A stretch of 64,000 bases of DNA from Macrostomum lignano (taxonomy: Eukaryota). Numbering within the stretch: position 1 is the stretch's first letter; each line of letters opens with the position of its first letter. The position numbers were made by a program, and so were the translations under genes. The DNA lies in NCBI GenBank assembly GCA_002269645.1, contig NIVC01003033.1:1-64000 (forward strand), in the 5' to 3' direction. This document shows positions 30,713 through 41,839 of the stretch, piece after piece. Under the pieces are notes generated by a model. That model did no database searches. It saw only the letters and a list, made by a program, of their open reading frames with translations, and was not told where the DNA came from.

Positions 30713-31430
30713 TTAAATAACAGTTCTTTTTTCTTTGCTGATTATCACAAACTGGTAAGGCTGGTTCCACTTTTCGTAGCAGAGGTTAACGAATTCCTCC
30801 TGTGAAATCTTTCTGTTTGAGTTTTTTGTTGGATTTATGAAACAGGCAGGCGCAATGACCTCATTGTAAAATCTTTTTAGCCTGTCCTGTGGAATGGTTG
30901 GAAACAGGAGAATCAGATTGCAGTTCCCACGAATTGTTTTGTTCGGGAGCTCGAACCAGTTCTGTGCAATGTAAATTACATTACAATTGTTATGTCGCCC
31001 TCTTGTAAAATAGTTTTCTATCTGCTTCTGTGGGCCTGTCATACAATCATCAAAGACGATCAAATGCTTTCTCCCCTTTTCTAGCTCATCTGGTTGGGGT
31101 AGAAGTTTGGTCTTTGGATCAGCCTGTGGATCTCCATAGGTGAAAACTTTAATGTTCTGCCATTTTTCATTGTCTTTGAGGTGCTTTGAATATTCAGCAG
31201 CTACAATTTCTGGGTTACTGGGAAGGCTCATTTGGTTATTAAAACATGCAATAATGTCCTCTTTGTTCAACTTGTTTTGAAGCCCTGCAATCAGCATTCT
31301 ATACTCATCTTGATACAGTGTGGGAGAGTAGATGTGCAGAGTGTCATAGTCGATAAAGCCAGGTCTAAGAAGCATGTTAAAGACTCTGAATGTTTTACCT
31401 GAACCTGATGAACCAACAAAAATGCATCTT
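30713..31430 (-). pseudogene. A32/FtsK-like packaging ATPase (outer Polinton), 5' end disrupted
   Basis: In-frame RCIFVGSSGSGKT upstream of the listed Met, preceded by TGA; HLIVFDDC, YFTRGRHNNCNVIYIAQNWF, TIRGN. Confidence 0.88.
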
Positions 31431-32572
31431 ATAGCGCTTCAAGCTTTCTAATCTCTCTTCAATTTTAGTGTCTTTCAAAATATACTTAGTCTAGCGGTTT
31501 ATTGCAGTCTAGATGTCTTGAAGGCTATAACTCCCAACGACTATCGACACTCAGTATACCGGCTGGCTGTGATGATCTCTCTGGATCGCTACCTTAGCTT
31601 CTACTCAAGATATAACACAAACACACTGCGTTTCTGATAGATTTAGCTTAACAGAGCTCAAACGGAATCTCTAACTAACTGGAGCGGCGGTCCTTTTTCC
31701 GCGCTCCGCTCCGATATTTATTCTGTCTTTAAAACCCCTCAATCCGAGGGTAGGCATTACCGTAGCAACAGTACTCATGAGGATTTGTGTTGAGTGAGGT
31801 CGCAGCCTCTAGCCTAGTACAGTTATTAACGTTAAACTAGTTGGTTGGCAGGCACGCCAACCCCTTTCCCATGGAGGGAGAGTTACAGTCTTAAAAACGC
31901 ATTAGTTGAGTTAGGATGTGTTCCCACTTCCACTGAAACTTCTCTCCCACTGTTCGTTATTCCTTCGCCTTTTATCGATCCCGTTTTCTTGTACGGTTCC
32001 GTCCTCCAGCTCTCGTTCCCGGCCGGGCCCAGGCGGCTCCCAATGCGGGCTGGGCTGGGCCGACGCCGGCAGCTGCAGGCAGGGACAGGCCGGGTTGATT
32101 CCGGCAGCGCCGTGTCAGTACAGCTGCGGGTCCGGTCTCAGGCAGTTCCACGTCAGCACCGCTGTTGCCATGCCGACCCGGCCTGAGCTGAAATGATGAA
32201 GTGACTTCGGGGCGGGTTTTTGTCCAGTCTCTCTCCCCTTGGTTGTTTGCCCTCTCTGCTGTTGCTATTTTTAGCTTTTAGCTTTCTGTTCGCGAACTCT
32301 TGGATTCCCTTCAGATTTCTAAGTCTTATACATCTGAAGTGACTCGGGATTGACTCATGATGAGAAAACGTAATCTGGTTACGCGTGTAGTGAGGATTGA
32401 AGTCGTTTGAAAAGTCCATTTTTTCTATGATGGAAATTTTTTTTAAATAATAAATCATTTAGAAGATGTGTCATTTTGGGACTTAGATTTGTCATTTTGG
32501 GACTTAGATGTGTCATTTTGAGACTTAGATGTGTCATTTCGGGACTTGTCTTGTACCCTCGGAAAGTACCCT

Positions 32573-33034
32573 TTAGTCAAATTTGAAACCACTTCCTTTT
32601 TTAATGCTAGCTCTCATCTTCTCATAGACTGCAGGGTACACACTGTCTGGATTTGGGGCCAGCGGAGCCAGCGGGGCCAGTGTAGGTTGAATCTCTTGTT
32701 TAGGTGTTACAGTATCCTTTATCTTTTTGGCAGCTGTGGCTACGAGTACACTGCCAGCCGCTTCGGCAACGTTCTTGATGTTCTTTTTGTTCTCTCCAAT
32801 GACCTTAAAAATCTTGGCCCCCTGAGCGATCAAATCGGCAAGGCCATTCCCAGAGCGTTCTTTTCTTGGATAGTGGCCTGCAGGGAAAAGTCCAGATCCG
32901 CGTTTAATAAGATTAAGTTCCTCTTTGTCATAGTATTTGTCCACGTCTTTCTCAAAAATAATCGGCATTTTTACTTGAAATAAATTATTTTTTGTCGAAC
33001 CGCGAAAGCAGAAGCTCTCTCGCCCGTTTGTCAA
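32573..33034 (-). CDS. Putative virion core/membrane-lytic protein (outer Polinton); likely start at 32968
   Basis: RGSGL, RSGNGLADLIAQGAKIFKVI (amphipathic helix after a G-x-G motif) and KKGSGF, resembling adenain cleavage sites. Confidence 0.5.
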   Translation of the reverse strand: MTNGRESFCFRGSTKNNLFQVKMPIIFEKDVDKYYDKEELNLIKRGSGLFPAGHYPRKERSGNGLADLIAQGAKIFKVIGENKKNIKNVAEAAGSVLVATAAKKIKDTVTPKQEIQPTLAPLAPLAPNPDSVYPAVYEKMRASIKKGSGFKFD

Positions 33035-33183
33035 TATACTTCTTTTCCATCATTTTCCATCATTGCTCCTTATTTATTAGCCCGGTAACTCGTTTCTCTG
33101 CTTGTGCTAGCTTCTCCAATTCAGATATCTGCTGTGTACTTTTTCGCTTCATTTCTTATTTTTATTTTATTTTTAGTTAAAAA

Positions 33184-34471
33184 ATGAACGACCCACTGAC
33201 ACCAGTTTTCTACAAAATTAACAAGCCTATTTTGAGTGATGATAGCACAATCAAAGCGACTCAGGTAAGAATTCCCAGTCAGGAAAATCAGAATGGAACT
33301 AATCTTGGTCCTGGTCAAACACTGACATTTACATACAATGGATGTTCGTCTTTGGTTAGTGTGCACAGTCTTAGGAGCGGCTTCCATATGACATTTCAAT
33401 TCAAGACAAAGGGTGGTGCGGATGCGGCTCGTGCTAACGTTGACAAGCATGATGTGGATGTGGCTCTGATCAGTAACTTTTGGGCGTACATGTTCAAGGA
33501 GTTTAGTGTATCGAATGGGAGCACTGAGTTGGAGCGAATCGCCAACTTTTGGAATTGTCTATGACGCTCATTGTTTGATCGAGAATCCTGATTTTATTCA
33601 GTTGGGAAGTGGTGCGGGTTTTATTGCAGATGAAAAAGAAGGAGACATCAATGACAGTGGCTATAAAAATAGGAGGAAGAGATACAACTATGCATTGCAA
33701 GGTGCTGATGATGCTGCTAAGAACCCGCTGTATCGGTCTGTTGATGTATTTGTACCATTGAGATTTATGAGTGGATTCTGTAATACATTTAATCGACTGA
33801 CTAGTAACTTTAGCTACACATTTAGACTGACTAGAGATGATCGCAGTAGAGTGTTGTGGACTGGGGCGGACCACACAAGGATGGAGGTGAAGCTAACCGG
33901 AATCGAGCTGTATTTGGAAGTCATTGAGCCAAAGACCGCACTAAAAGCGGATTATCTCAAGGCAATAGAGAAGGACATTGATGTTGCATACACGGCCTAC
34001 ATGTGTCGAGATGAGCGAAACGAAACTAGAACAAACATCTGCATTAAAGAGGGATCATGCAGCAATCCAAGGTATATTATTATTAACATGAGAAACCCAA
34101 ATAGCATTATACGCTACATGCATGGAGACGTGCGGTCCATTCAGCGTGAAATCAGTGATAATCTTTACCCTGCACTGCCACAAAATGGAGATTTCAGTCA
34201 GAACAAGATTAGCAAATTTTACAGCGAGTTGGTCGACTTGGCTGTGAAAGAGAACAATGGAATTGCTATCACTGCTCTTCAATATGGAACTCTATATCCG
34301 ATGTTTGGCGCTGATGTGTCTGCCAGACAAATGCCTACTGATAACAGCCCTGTGAATATCGTGACTAACATTGAGAAGACTGTCGCAACACCTGTGGACT
34401 TGTACATTATCTATGCATTTGAGAGGAAGGTGAAGCTTAACATGATCAACAATTCATCTAGTAAAGTTTAA
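33184..34471 (+). pseudogene. Major capsid protein (double jelly-roll) of outer Polinton, frameshift near 33545
   Basis: GYKNRRKRY...FVPLRFMSGFC...FRLTR, NPRYIII, LYP...DF, LYPMFGADVS; adjacent to the mCP and ATPase. Confidence 0.75.
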
Positions 34472-34490
34472 ATTTTTTGTGGGTGAAAAA

Positions 34491-35333
34491 ATGGAAGCTA
34501 TAGCCGAAAGACTAAATAATATTGTTTCTCACTCCAAGGAGAGCGTTCCTATTACATTAACTGGGCGAATTAATGACTCAAACGGGATATTTGTTCAAAA
34601 ATTAGAGCAGGCGATTAGCCTGGATCCAGGTGCTAATTACCATGTCTATCTTAACGACTTCACTGGTTGGTCAAACGTTCCCAATGTGACGGCAGCAAAT
34701 AATAAGTTTTATTACAAATGGAAAGGTGCAGCAGCAGAACCTGTGATATTCCCTGTGAGCACGCAAAGTGTGGATACCTACAATTACTTTCTAGAAAACG
34801 TATTTACTAAAAGAGGCCATTTTGAGGCATCTGATCTGATTAAGCCAGAATTGTTCCCTGTCAAACTAGCCTATGATCTCACTGTAATGAGAGTGGTCAT
34901 GCAAGTTCACAAAGATGCGGAGGTTGAGTTTAAAGATGACACTTGGTATAGGGAATTGGGATTCGAGAAAAAAGTTTATAAGGCAGAATCCACTCAAGCG
35001 TCAGGGGCCGTTAGCATGGCCCGGGAAAATGTAAGCGGTTTGTTCTTAGCACCCAATATTGCAGACATTGTAAAGGGTTTGAATATTCTAATCAGAAGTA
35101 ATCTCAGTCTTGATTGGGTATTTAAGGGAAAGCGAACGAATATTTTGTAGAATATCTCCAACTCTGTTGCTGGAGGATAGATGCTGGTAGAGAAACCAAA
35201 TCCAGTGAAAAGAGTTGTATTGAGTAATAAGGAGATTCACGAGATTGTGCTACAGTTTGAGACTAAAGATGGAGTGGGTGTTGATTTCAACGCTGAAGAG
35301 TTTGTACTGACGTTGATCATTGAGAGAATGTGA
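34491..35333 (+). pseudogene. Minor capsid (penton-like) protein of outer Polinton, two in-frame TAG stops
   Basis: AISLD..YHVYLNDF..WSNVPNVTAANNKFYY; reading through the TAGs gives LVEKPNP...IHEIVLQF..VDFNAEEFVLTLII. Confidence 0.75.
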
Positions 35334-35599
35334 TGTTAAAATAACTAAATATTTTATGTCAGTTCTATTTCGAATTTTTAGTATATTTTTTTAGTCATAT
35401 TACTTATTAGTAGGCAACCTCACGCTTTTTGGACTGACCAAGCATTATTTTTTTTCTAACCAGTATTTAGTGAAAGGATTGAAAACACAAAAGAAATCGG
35501 ACACAAAAAGATAGTCTGTGCTCAGTCTATTGTTTTATTATGTCAAAACTTGGTTAACTTCGCAAGTATTCGCACATAACAAACACAAGTCTGTCACTA

Positions 35600-35850
35600 G
35601 TCTTTCTCAGAAAAAAAGCTTTTTTTGCACAGTTGAATTCGTGCGAATTCCTTTTAAGACAGGAAATGGCGCGAATCCAACTGCGCACTAGTCTTTCTCA
35701 GAAAAATGCTATTTTGCACAGTTGAATTCGTGCGAATTCCTTTTAAGACAGGAAATGGCGCGAATCCAACTGCGCACTAGTATTTCTCAGAAAAATGCTA
35801 TTTTGCACAGTTGAATTCGTGCGAATTCCTGTTAAGACAGGAAATGGCGC
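35600..35850 (+). repeat. ~90-bp tandem repeat, 3 copies
   Basis: GCACAGTTGAATTCGTGCGAATTCC..AAGACAGGAAATGGCGCGAA recurs near 35627, 35716 and 35806. Confidence 0.9.
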
Positions 35851-35869
35851 GAAATCAAAATAAAAGCAT

Positions 35870-36337
35870 TCACTCAAGAAATTCGTCGTATGCATTATAG
35901 AGGATCTCCTCTTCCTCTTCTTCATAGTCAAATTGGACATCTTCCGGCTCCAGCTCCATCGCGCTTCTCATGTTCTCGTCTTCTAGAGCTGCGCGTTCAA
36001 TGGCCGCCTTTCGGTTTAGTATTGTTTCCATATCCATACTATAGCCAGTAAATACTAGGCTTGGATAGAGTCGTGTAAACTTGGCATAGTTGGCGACCCT
36101 TTCCGCCTTCTTCACGTTGATGTTGAGCTTGCTGGCGGCCTTCGCAATCGTGCCATTTCGTGTTGCTGACAGGAGCACAGCATTGCCCTGCGCTCGATTG
36201 GCTAGGCATTTCAGAATCTCAAGCTCGCCAATGAAGATATCGAGCTTGTGAACGTAATTCTTCAGATCGTCATCATTGTCATCGTCAAGCGGTTTCATTA
36301 ATAGTTCCCGCGCATTCGTAAATCTCGTCTTTACCAC
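35870..36337 (-). CDS. Hypothetical protein (outer Polinton region)
   Basis: 155-aa ORF with protein-like composition and an acidic tail; no family recognised. Confidence 0.45.
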   Translation of the reverse strand: MVKTRFTNARELLMKPLDDDNDDDLKNYVHKLDIFIGELEILKCLANRAQGNAVLLSATRNGTIAKAASKLNINVKKAERVANYAKFTRLYPSLVFTGYSMDMETILNRKAAIERAALEDENMRSAMELEPEDVQFDYEEEEEEILYNAYDEFLE

Positions 36338-36959
36338 GATCGTCTCGACGTTTCCAGCTTGGCTTTAAGCCGCCCAATGAAGCGACCCTTGGCTTCTGCT
36401 TTGCTTCTAGTCTCCTTTTCGGCTTTTTCCTTCTTCTTCTTTTCTGAGGTATTTTCGTCAATTTGTTAAAGAGTTTCGAGGAGCTCAGTACGCTGACGGT
36501 CCTCTAAATTGTTAATTACAATCGCTAACGAATTCGAATCTTTCTTCGACATGTCTTTTAATTTTTCAACTATATCGGAGGCCTTAGACGCCATGCCTTA
36601 AAAATTATATTGTGCTTGACTTAGCTTCTAGTAGTGTGGCTTTAAATACAGCTAGCAGTCGAAAATTCCAGAAAGTTCTAAGCTGTACATACAATCTTCA
36701 AGCGGATTTCGTGAGTTGATTGCTAGGAAATTAGTCAAGGCGGTTATTTTTGGTAAGACAAAGTTGGGGTTGGGAATGGACGCCGAGGGTGGGTGCACAG
36801 GGAGAGAGGGCTGGTGCACGAGGAGAGAGGGCGGAGGCTCGGGAGCAGGGTTTATTTTTTGCGCTCCTACCAACGAATTGGGAAGACTTTTGAAAGATAT
36901 GGGGGTAGAGAGAGCGCGCGTGGGGGAGAGAGATTTTCACTTTAACTGAGCCCAGCCGA

Positions 36960-37110
36960 GGAAGAATTCCGTCTCGAGGGAAGGCTAGAATGCAAAGGAT
37001 TTCGGCCTCGCGCAAGGCCAGAATGCAAACGATTTTGGCCTCAGGCGAGGCCAAAATGAAAACGATTTTGGCCTCGAGTGAAGGCCAGAATGAAAAGGAT
37101 TTTGGCCTTT
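36960..37110 (+). repeat. Imperfect ~30-bp repeats with GAGGCC...GGCCTC dyad symmetry
   Basis: AGGCCAGAATGCAAACGATTTTGGCCTC-like unit, about 4 copies. Confidence 0.75.
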
Positions 37111-37414
37111 CAGTTTTTTTGGCTGCATACTATTAATTATAAGTCCTGTAACTTAAGTGAGAATACCGCTACCTTTCTACCTTTCGATTATGTTGATTTT
37201 TTTGCTGTCCTAGGGAGGGGAGGGGCGGTAGACTGATTTTATCCCCTTAGATGAGTGGTTGTAAGTATTGCATTGGGATAGCTGATTTTAAATGTAAGAG
37301 CATTATGTATAGATAGATTTTACTACCTTAGGTAGATGTTGATCTGTGGGGGATTTATTCTCTTTTGTCCCAGAACTTCCCTCATGACAACTACTAAGTT
37401 TCGACTTGAGATTT

Positions 37415-37693
37415 TTAACGCAATTGTCTAATGATTTCTGCAAAGTTATAGTAGCTGTCGTAATCTTTTACGTAGGTTACTCCATACTTATGAAACCAGT
37501 GTCTTTGGAGAGCTAGATTAATATTAGGGACATTGATATCAACGCCGGCAACGCCGGGCCAATATTTTCTCATGTACTCGCTGCATTCTAGTTTGCATTG
37601 GTACTTGGATTTGTACAATGGATTAGGCTGAGTATAATAAGAACCTGGAGAGACAACTGGAAACATTTTTATTGAGAATTTAGATTTTTTCAA
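37415..37693 (-). CDS. Hypothetical protein
   Basis: 92-aa aromatic-rich ORF; no family recognised. Confidence 0.3.
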   Translation of the reverse strand: MKKSKFSIKMFPVVSPGSYYTQPNPLYKSKYQCKLECSEYMRKYWPGVAGVDINVPNINLALQRHWFHKYGVTYVKDYDSYYNFAEIIRQLR

Positions 37694-37859
37694 AGGGTAA
37701 GGACCCTGGGTTTGGGGATTTAAAGTCTTTGGGATGCGTTGCGAATTGCGAATTGAATGTGTGGAGAAGAATACAGATTATTTTCTGATTGTTTCGAAGA
37801 TGTCAGTGGATGATGTCAGTGTCAGTGAGCATAACAGATGTTAGTGGACACCTGTTATG

Positions 37860-38160
37860 CTCTGATTCTGTCAGGGATAGTATGGATGGATTTAATACGA
37901 TTATGTTCGAAGTTTTCGGAGCAAGTGCGACCCCTCCCCTTTTTTATGATTCTGTCGGGGATAATATGGATGGATTTAATGGGATTATGGAGGACGTTTT
38001 GTGAGCGAGTGCGACCCCCCTTTTTTCTGATTCTGTCGGGGATAATATGGATGGATTTAATGGGATTATGTTCGAAGTTTTCAGAGCGAGTGCGACCCTC
38101 CTTTTTTTCTGATTATGTCGGGGATAATATAGATGGATTTAATGGGATTATGGAGGACGT
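37860..38160 (+). repeat. Imperfect tandem repeat with core TGATTCTGTCGGGGATAATATGGATGGATTTAATGGGATTATG
   Basis: Four copies directly visible. Confidence 0.9.
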
Positions 38161-38188
38161 GAAAAATTTTGTCCCAGAAGCCCCCTCA

Positions 38189-39206
38189 TGCATTCTACTC
38201 AACCCAGTAAGTCAACAGAAGGTATTCAATTACCTTAATCCGATTGAGCGGTTTCCTTTTCTTGAGTAGCTCTCGCTATTAATCTCTCAGTGGATCCGTA
38301 GGTCTCGATTCTCTTCCGGAAGACTCTGTAGCTCTGGTTCGATGTCTTCTTCTTGTTCTTGCCAGCCGGTATCTGTCGTTCGGACCAATAGGAAGCTTCC
38401 AACTTAACAATGGGTACCCTGCGCCAAACTGCGGTATAAAATAAGCCTACTCCTTCTAGCAGTGCCTCTCTGCACTCTAGGTATAGCTCCGGAAACCACT
38501 GATAGTCTTCTAAGACCTATCAGGGGCAGTCCTTCTGGAGACTGCAACCAGTGGAGTCTAAACAGACTCAAGAGTCTCAGCAGACTCAAATAAACTCAAG
38601 TCTCAATAGACTTGAGCGAGACGTCTCAATCAACGGGTGCAAATAAGTAAGGCTTACCGCAAGAACTCGTCCACGACGCGAGTTTCTTCAGGAAGGCTTC
38701 ACTAGAGCTTCCTCTTCGGAGCTTCTCTCTCTCTGAGATTCTGTTGGCTCCGGGTCCGTTCCGGACCACTTGTATTTATAGGCGATGGAGCCTCTCTCGA
38801 GGTCGTACATCATTGTCTGCATAAATGTCAAAGGGTCACGATTCGGTGGTTGTCAAGCATGACAGGGCAGAAAGTTATGCAACTACTCGTAGTCTACTGC
38901 AAAACGCACATGATTGGTTACCTTATCTGGTGTTTTTCTGTCGCGTTTGATTGGTTCGCTCGGTGCAGACTGGGTGCAAGCCAGATGATAAATCGCAAAC
39001 GGGGTTAGACTTGACAGTTGTAGGTCACGTGTGATTGGTTAGTTGCTAAATTTATCATGACCAAGTTTACGCTTTTCCGATTGGATAACAACAATATTTT
39101 TGTGACTTGTTACTTAAATGTTACTTGCTATACTACTAAATAAAATGTATGAGTAGTATGTTAACAATATGTATAGCTTTTGCAAAAGGTGGTAAGATAC
39201 TCTACA
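38189..39206 (-). repeat. LTR D of the A/C family (~1 kb), probably a 3' LTR
   Basis: TGTAGAGTA start at 39206 (minus); TATA at 38773-38780; R/U5 matches LTR A and U3 matches LTR C2; no TSD seen; left end uncertain. Confidence 0.85.
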
Positions 39207-39265
39207 TGCCTTGTTTTTGAAAATTTTCCAGTCGGGTGACAAGATCGTTAACAGCGCACAAAAAA

Positions 39266-39811
39266 CTACTGGTTAAAGGCGTCGGGCGGAAGAGCTCCAG
39301 CGGCAGCAGACTCTTCGTCAGTTGTTATCGTGACGATATTGGTGTTGAAATAGACTAAAATCTTCTGTTTTTGTTGTTGCGGCGGCTGGTTGTCCTCGGC
39401 ATCACTAGCAGCAGCAGCAGCTTGTATCAGACGACTCAGCTTACATTTTAAATGAATGCAAGTTCGCAATAGTAGATCTGATTGCAGTAACTTGCTGAAA
39501 AGTCTGTAGATCGGCTGTTGAAGTAAAGCGAGCACCTCAGAGATCCCGCTGTTGGCAGTGCCGCCAGCAGTGGGAATGAATTTTAGAAAATTTGCTCTTC
39601 CATGCAGCGTTGATTCTTCCAGAGCCGCATTCCACCCACTGGGCGGATCGCTAATCAACGAGTTGACTGCCTCGCGGATTAACGATTCTAGAGGGTGAAA
39701 ACAAGCACCGTGCATATGCGGTGCTTGCTGCTTGGGCCCCGAATCGTTTGCTGCACACGCGAGACTGAATCCGTGGCATTTGCCGCCGCCAAGCTGTAAT
39801 AAGTATTGCAT
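39266..39811 (-). CDS. Hypothetical Cys/His-containing protein directly upstream of LTR D
   Basis: 181-aa ORF ending 60 nt from the LTR; CHGFSLAC...HMHGACFH. Confidence 0.5.
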   Translation of the reverse strand: MQYLLQLGGGKCHGFSLACAANDSGPKQQAPHMHGACFHPLESLIREAVNSLISDPPSGWNAALEESTLHGRANFLKFIPTAGGTANSGISEVLALLQQPIYRLFSKLLQSDLLLRTCIHLKCKLSRLIQAAAAASDAEDNQPPQQQKQKILVYFNTNIVTITTDEESAAAGALPPDAFNQ

Positions 39812-39887
39812 GACTTAATTTGGAGCAGAAAAAATTATTCGTACTACTACAAGTAGTAAAAAATTAACTTTGAAATTAGCTTTGATT

Positions 39888-40411
39888 TTACATCACTGCC
39901 TCGATATAACCGCCACTAGGAGGCGGTTGACGCGAGCCTTGCACCAGGTCCCGCACCAGCCGGCTCAGATCTTCAACTGATGTTGATTCTGTAACCCTCA
40001 GTCGAACCAAAAAACCGTAGCTTGGAAATGTGGCTTGCTGCGCCGAATGCAGCCCTTGAAGAAAATCTAGGTCGATGTTGGCTTCTTCAGGCGGTCTGCC
40101 ACAATAAACCGATGCGTGCATTTTGCAGCGATTTTTCGGAGCTTCATGTCGCGTCTCGCCATATCGTGCGACACATGGACTTGAAATTCGAAAGCGGACA
40201 AGTCCCCATCGTAAAACTGCTGCAGTAGATTCTTCTCCGTGTAGCGGTGCTTTCGGTAATATTCCACCGGCTCCCGAGCAAACTCGTACCCTCCTTTCCA
40301 GCATTCCAGCTGAGCCATCAGAGCCAGATTGCGGACAAGGGAAGACTTCCCCGCCCCAATTAGACCTTCGATCACGTAAGTTCGAGTCTGTACACGGACT
40401 TGGGCGGCCAT
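39888..40411 (-). pseudogene. Deoxynucleoside kinase-like gene with internal deletion and frameshift
   Basis: P-loop IEGLIGAGKS, EPVEYY, LLQQFYDG, FQ, IVADR; second frame GRPPEEANIDLDFLQGLH (LID region). Confidence 0.82.
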
Positions 40412-40427
40412 TTGCTGAAATGAATAA

Positions 40428-40787
40428 TTAGAAGGCTGCTTGGGGCAAATGTTGGAAAACCTCCAACACTTGCTTTAGTTCCTCGAGATTTTGAGGACCA
40501 CAGACTATTTTCCGACTACAGAACAGGTTCAGGAACAGCCTCGGGTTGCACTGAAGCCTGCGAAAGATTGCCATAGGGAAATTTTCCTTATCCATGCTTA
40601 AACGATTTAAGAGAGCGAGAGCGCAACTGTGGGCGGCGACAACCATCAAGAGGATGGACCATTTAACCGGAACGAGGGTACTGTGGGTGGCAGCAATCAG
40701 CGCTGGTACCACCCTTTTCTCGAGCCGGAGCCTAATCCTGCATCTCGCCTTTATGGCCGACATCGCCACCTTGATGGGTGCGGCCAT
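40428..40787 (-). CDS. Hypothetical protein upstream of the dNK gene
   Basis: 119-aa ORF, co-oriented and 17 nt from the dNK start. Confidence 0.4.
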   Translation of the reverse strand: MAAPIKVAMSAIKARCRIRLRLEKRVVPALIAATHSTLVPVKWSILLMVVAAHSCALALLNRLSMDKENFPMAIFRRLQCNPRLFLNLFCSRKIVCGPQNLEELKQVLEVFQHLPQAAF

Positions 40788-41839
40788 TGGCGGATCCGTC
40801 GTAACGGTGAGATGTGGACAATCGTGGCTGAGGAGCCGTCTGTGTATGGGCCTCTAAGAATAATGGTTCGCGAGAATATGCCTGGACCGCCTATACGACG
40901 GGCGGCTTGTAATTCTGACTCGGGCTAAGGTGAATTGTAAGCATTGCGTTCACGCGCTTACCTAATAACTAACAACGCTACAGCCCTTACACACAATCCA
41001 ACCCCAGCATTGAGTGTGTGTGTATGTACGTGAAAAGAAATATTAATCGCTTCAAGTGTTACTTCAACGCGATGATAATACTGTGTTCTTAATTTGTGCA
41101 AAAAATTAAGTTTCTATCCAACGCTTAATGCGAATTGTGCGCACGGCAAGCTTTGAACAACGTTTAGATCTTACACTAGAACTAATACGATGAGCTTAAA
41201 CCTACATGTAGGAATTTTCGCTACGAGCCTTTGAGTGAAAACCAGAGTCCTAAAGACCAAGACAGAAGAGACTATCAAAATTTAGGTTTCATACAAAAAG
41301 TTAGTTGAAGAAAAAAAATACACGTTTATTCAGCACGGGAATGAGATTTAGTGATAAAACACCAAAAAGACACTCAAAATTAGAGACACTCCAATTAATG
41401 CTGAAAAATAGAAAGATTAAGCTAGACAAAGGGCCTTAGAACCAACACGTAAATAATATAAAATTAATCAGTGTTATTGGGAAAGTAAGCAACAATGGCC
41501 ACAAGCATAAAAGGTTAAAAAATAAAAGGAATGAGCAGGGGTCGAACCATCAGCCATGCATTTGTACACAACGCGAAAATTAAATTTAAAAGTAAATTTA
41601 AGCAGGATAAGCAGTTGCATAACATAGGTAGAGGTCTGCTGATCGCAGATGCAGAAGTAAAAGCAAAAAAATAAGCACCGTGTGTTAGCACCAGTACATT
41701 AGCATTTTGTTCTAGAAATTGCGCGGCTTCCATCACACCAAAGCCTGGGCAGTCAGACCATGCATTCGCTGCGACCTGCGATAGGACGGTATCCATTTCT
41801 ATCATCTCGCCGTATTGGTTTGGGGAATCTCCCTCATTA

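Larger units (their letters stand above)
13681..38170. mobile_element. Outer Polinton/adintovirus-like element (capsid-encoding; termini not found; interrupted by the inner Polinton)
   Basis: pPolB, adenain protease, TM protein, A32-like ATPase, core-like protein, MCP and mCP on both sides of the 16910-30651 insertion; an ORF split by the insertion rejoins in frame; right boundary approximate. Confidence 0.75.

Noticed and set aside
31468-31618. Possible short solo LTR upstream of the outer ATPase (TGTTATATC...AATAAA...CA on minus)
   Set aside because: No second copy, PBS, PPT or TSD to support it.
38189-39206. LTR D as a solo LTR
   Set aside because: Flanks (CCTCA / TGCCT) show no 4-6 bp TSD, and co-oriented ORFs plus a purine-rich tract precede it; not fully excluded because the left end is uncertain.
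41515-41805. Hydrophobic ORF as the C-terminus of an envelope gene for element D
   Set aside because: Composition is suggestive, but no motif or continuity with other ORFs supports it.
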